A stretch of DNA of 63,596 nt, the filler included, from Octopus bimaculoides (lineage: Eukaryota), in NCBI RefSeq assembly GCF_001194135.2. It is 6 parts of 6 records of this genome, joined end to end, with 100 filler letters (N's around TTAATTAATTAA, not from the genome) between each part and the next. Parts side by side here need not be neighbours in the genome. Positions count along the whole stretch, not along the records: positions 61,949 to 63,596 come from NC_068996.1; 5 more parts are not named here. One strand, 5' to 3'. Of the stretch, positions 62,620 to 63,596 are shown piece by piece. Made by a program: the position numbers and the translations under genes. The notes below the pieces were generated by a model that searched no databases, was not told the DNA's origin, and saw only the letters and a list, made by a program, of their open reading frames with translations. Numbering within the stretch: position 1 is the first letter of the stretch; each line of letters begins with the position of its first letter.

Positions 62620-62849
62620 CCTTCGTATTCTTTTAGATATTACACAAATGACGATGTTTTTGACTCCATAAAGGAGAAAATTTTCCAACACTTTTGTGAG
62701 GAAAACAAACAGTTATAAAGCGTTGATTCCATTACGGTAAAATACAACTCGTATAATTATGCTATGGAGTTTCTAAACAGCTGAAAATTTGGAAGAGTGG
62801 CACTACCACAACTGCTATCTATCTCGGGACAACTGGTGGATCAGAACGA

Positions 62850-63596
62850 AGAGTGGACTTTTAGTGCCTCACCTACATGGGGTATCACAACTCTTGGCTA
62901 GAGAGGCGAGTGTTGTGAAAGACCCATCACAGCTACGGACGTACGGGATGCGATGGCAGGCTACGCGGGGGACATGTTGTCAGGCTTGGATGGTCTGCCC
63001 TACGTCAGACTTGTTTAGAGACGTCTTGACAGCGGTCTACTGGAACTGGCTGCAAAACGGGAGTATCCCCGTCTCTGTAAAGCGAGGAGCGATGGCACTG
63101 CTAAAGAAAGACCCAAACAAGCGGAACATATTAGATAACTTCAGGTCCATCACTCTGCTCAACGCAGAGATGAAGATTTTGGCCAAAGTATTAGCCGAGA
63201 GGTTGGCGCTTGTCATCGAGAAACTGGTTGACACGGCGCATATGTGCGCCGTGCCGAGCAGGAGTATCCATGACAGCCTCCATCTAATGCGCTACATCAT
63301 AGACGGGGTAGTTAAGGAACCTGGCATGGGTGGGGCGCTGATCAATTTGGATCAATCAAAAGCTTTCGATAGAGTAGACCATCGCTACTTGGAGGTTGTC
63401 CTTAGAGTGGCTGGTCTTGGTACCGGCTTCCGCGGTTGGATCGCTGCATGATACAGCGGCATCCGCTCGGTACTTCGCGTAAATTGTCATCTGTCCAGAC
63501 CATTTAACATCTCGCGTTCAGTCCGTCAAGGATTCCCCCTCTCGTCGCTTCTATACGCATTGACTCTAGAGCCACTACTGCAGAAGCTGGCGACAT
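62850..63596 (+). mobile_element. L1-clade (Tx1-like) LINE reverse transcriptase fragment, runs off window end
   Basis: G.DGLP (shifted frame), LLKKDPNK..NFRSITLLNAEMKILAKVLA, CAVPSRSIHD, INLDQSKAFDRVDHRYL, SVRQGFPLSSLLYALTLEPLL; frameshift near 63000 and stop at 63449. Confidence 0.92.

Overview
AT-rich, gap-riddled animal genomic DNA. The repeat families and microsatellite load point to an octopus (cephalopod) scaffold; this is an inference, not a database result. No complete host gene, rRNA, tRNA gene or CRISPR array is supportable. Most long ORFs in the supplied track are artefacts of N gaps or microsatellites. The window is mostly decayed mobile DNA: several tRNA-derived SINE families, Tc1/mariner relics (one near-full Tc1, two Hsmar1/cecropia-like mariners), Penelope-like RT and GIY-YIG remnants, and CR1-, RTE-, L1/Tx1- and Ty3/gypsy fragments. 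Five signals stand out. (1) A dispersed family of minimal type-I hammerhead-ribozyme-like motifs with a palindromic stem III (GAAACAGCUGUA), two copies of which form the arms of a ~540 bp fold-back. (2) A Gly-linked two-unit 64-codon repeat whose units differ mostly at third codon positions. (3) Two phase-compatible candidate exons of an unidentified + strand gene at 57.8-58.5 kb. (4) A perfect (CCCTAA)4-CA-(TTAGGG)4 palindrome. (5) An 81-bp exact copy of a Tc1 segment lying 2 kb from its source. All alignments and translations were done by eye, so element boundaries are approximate.
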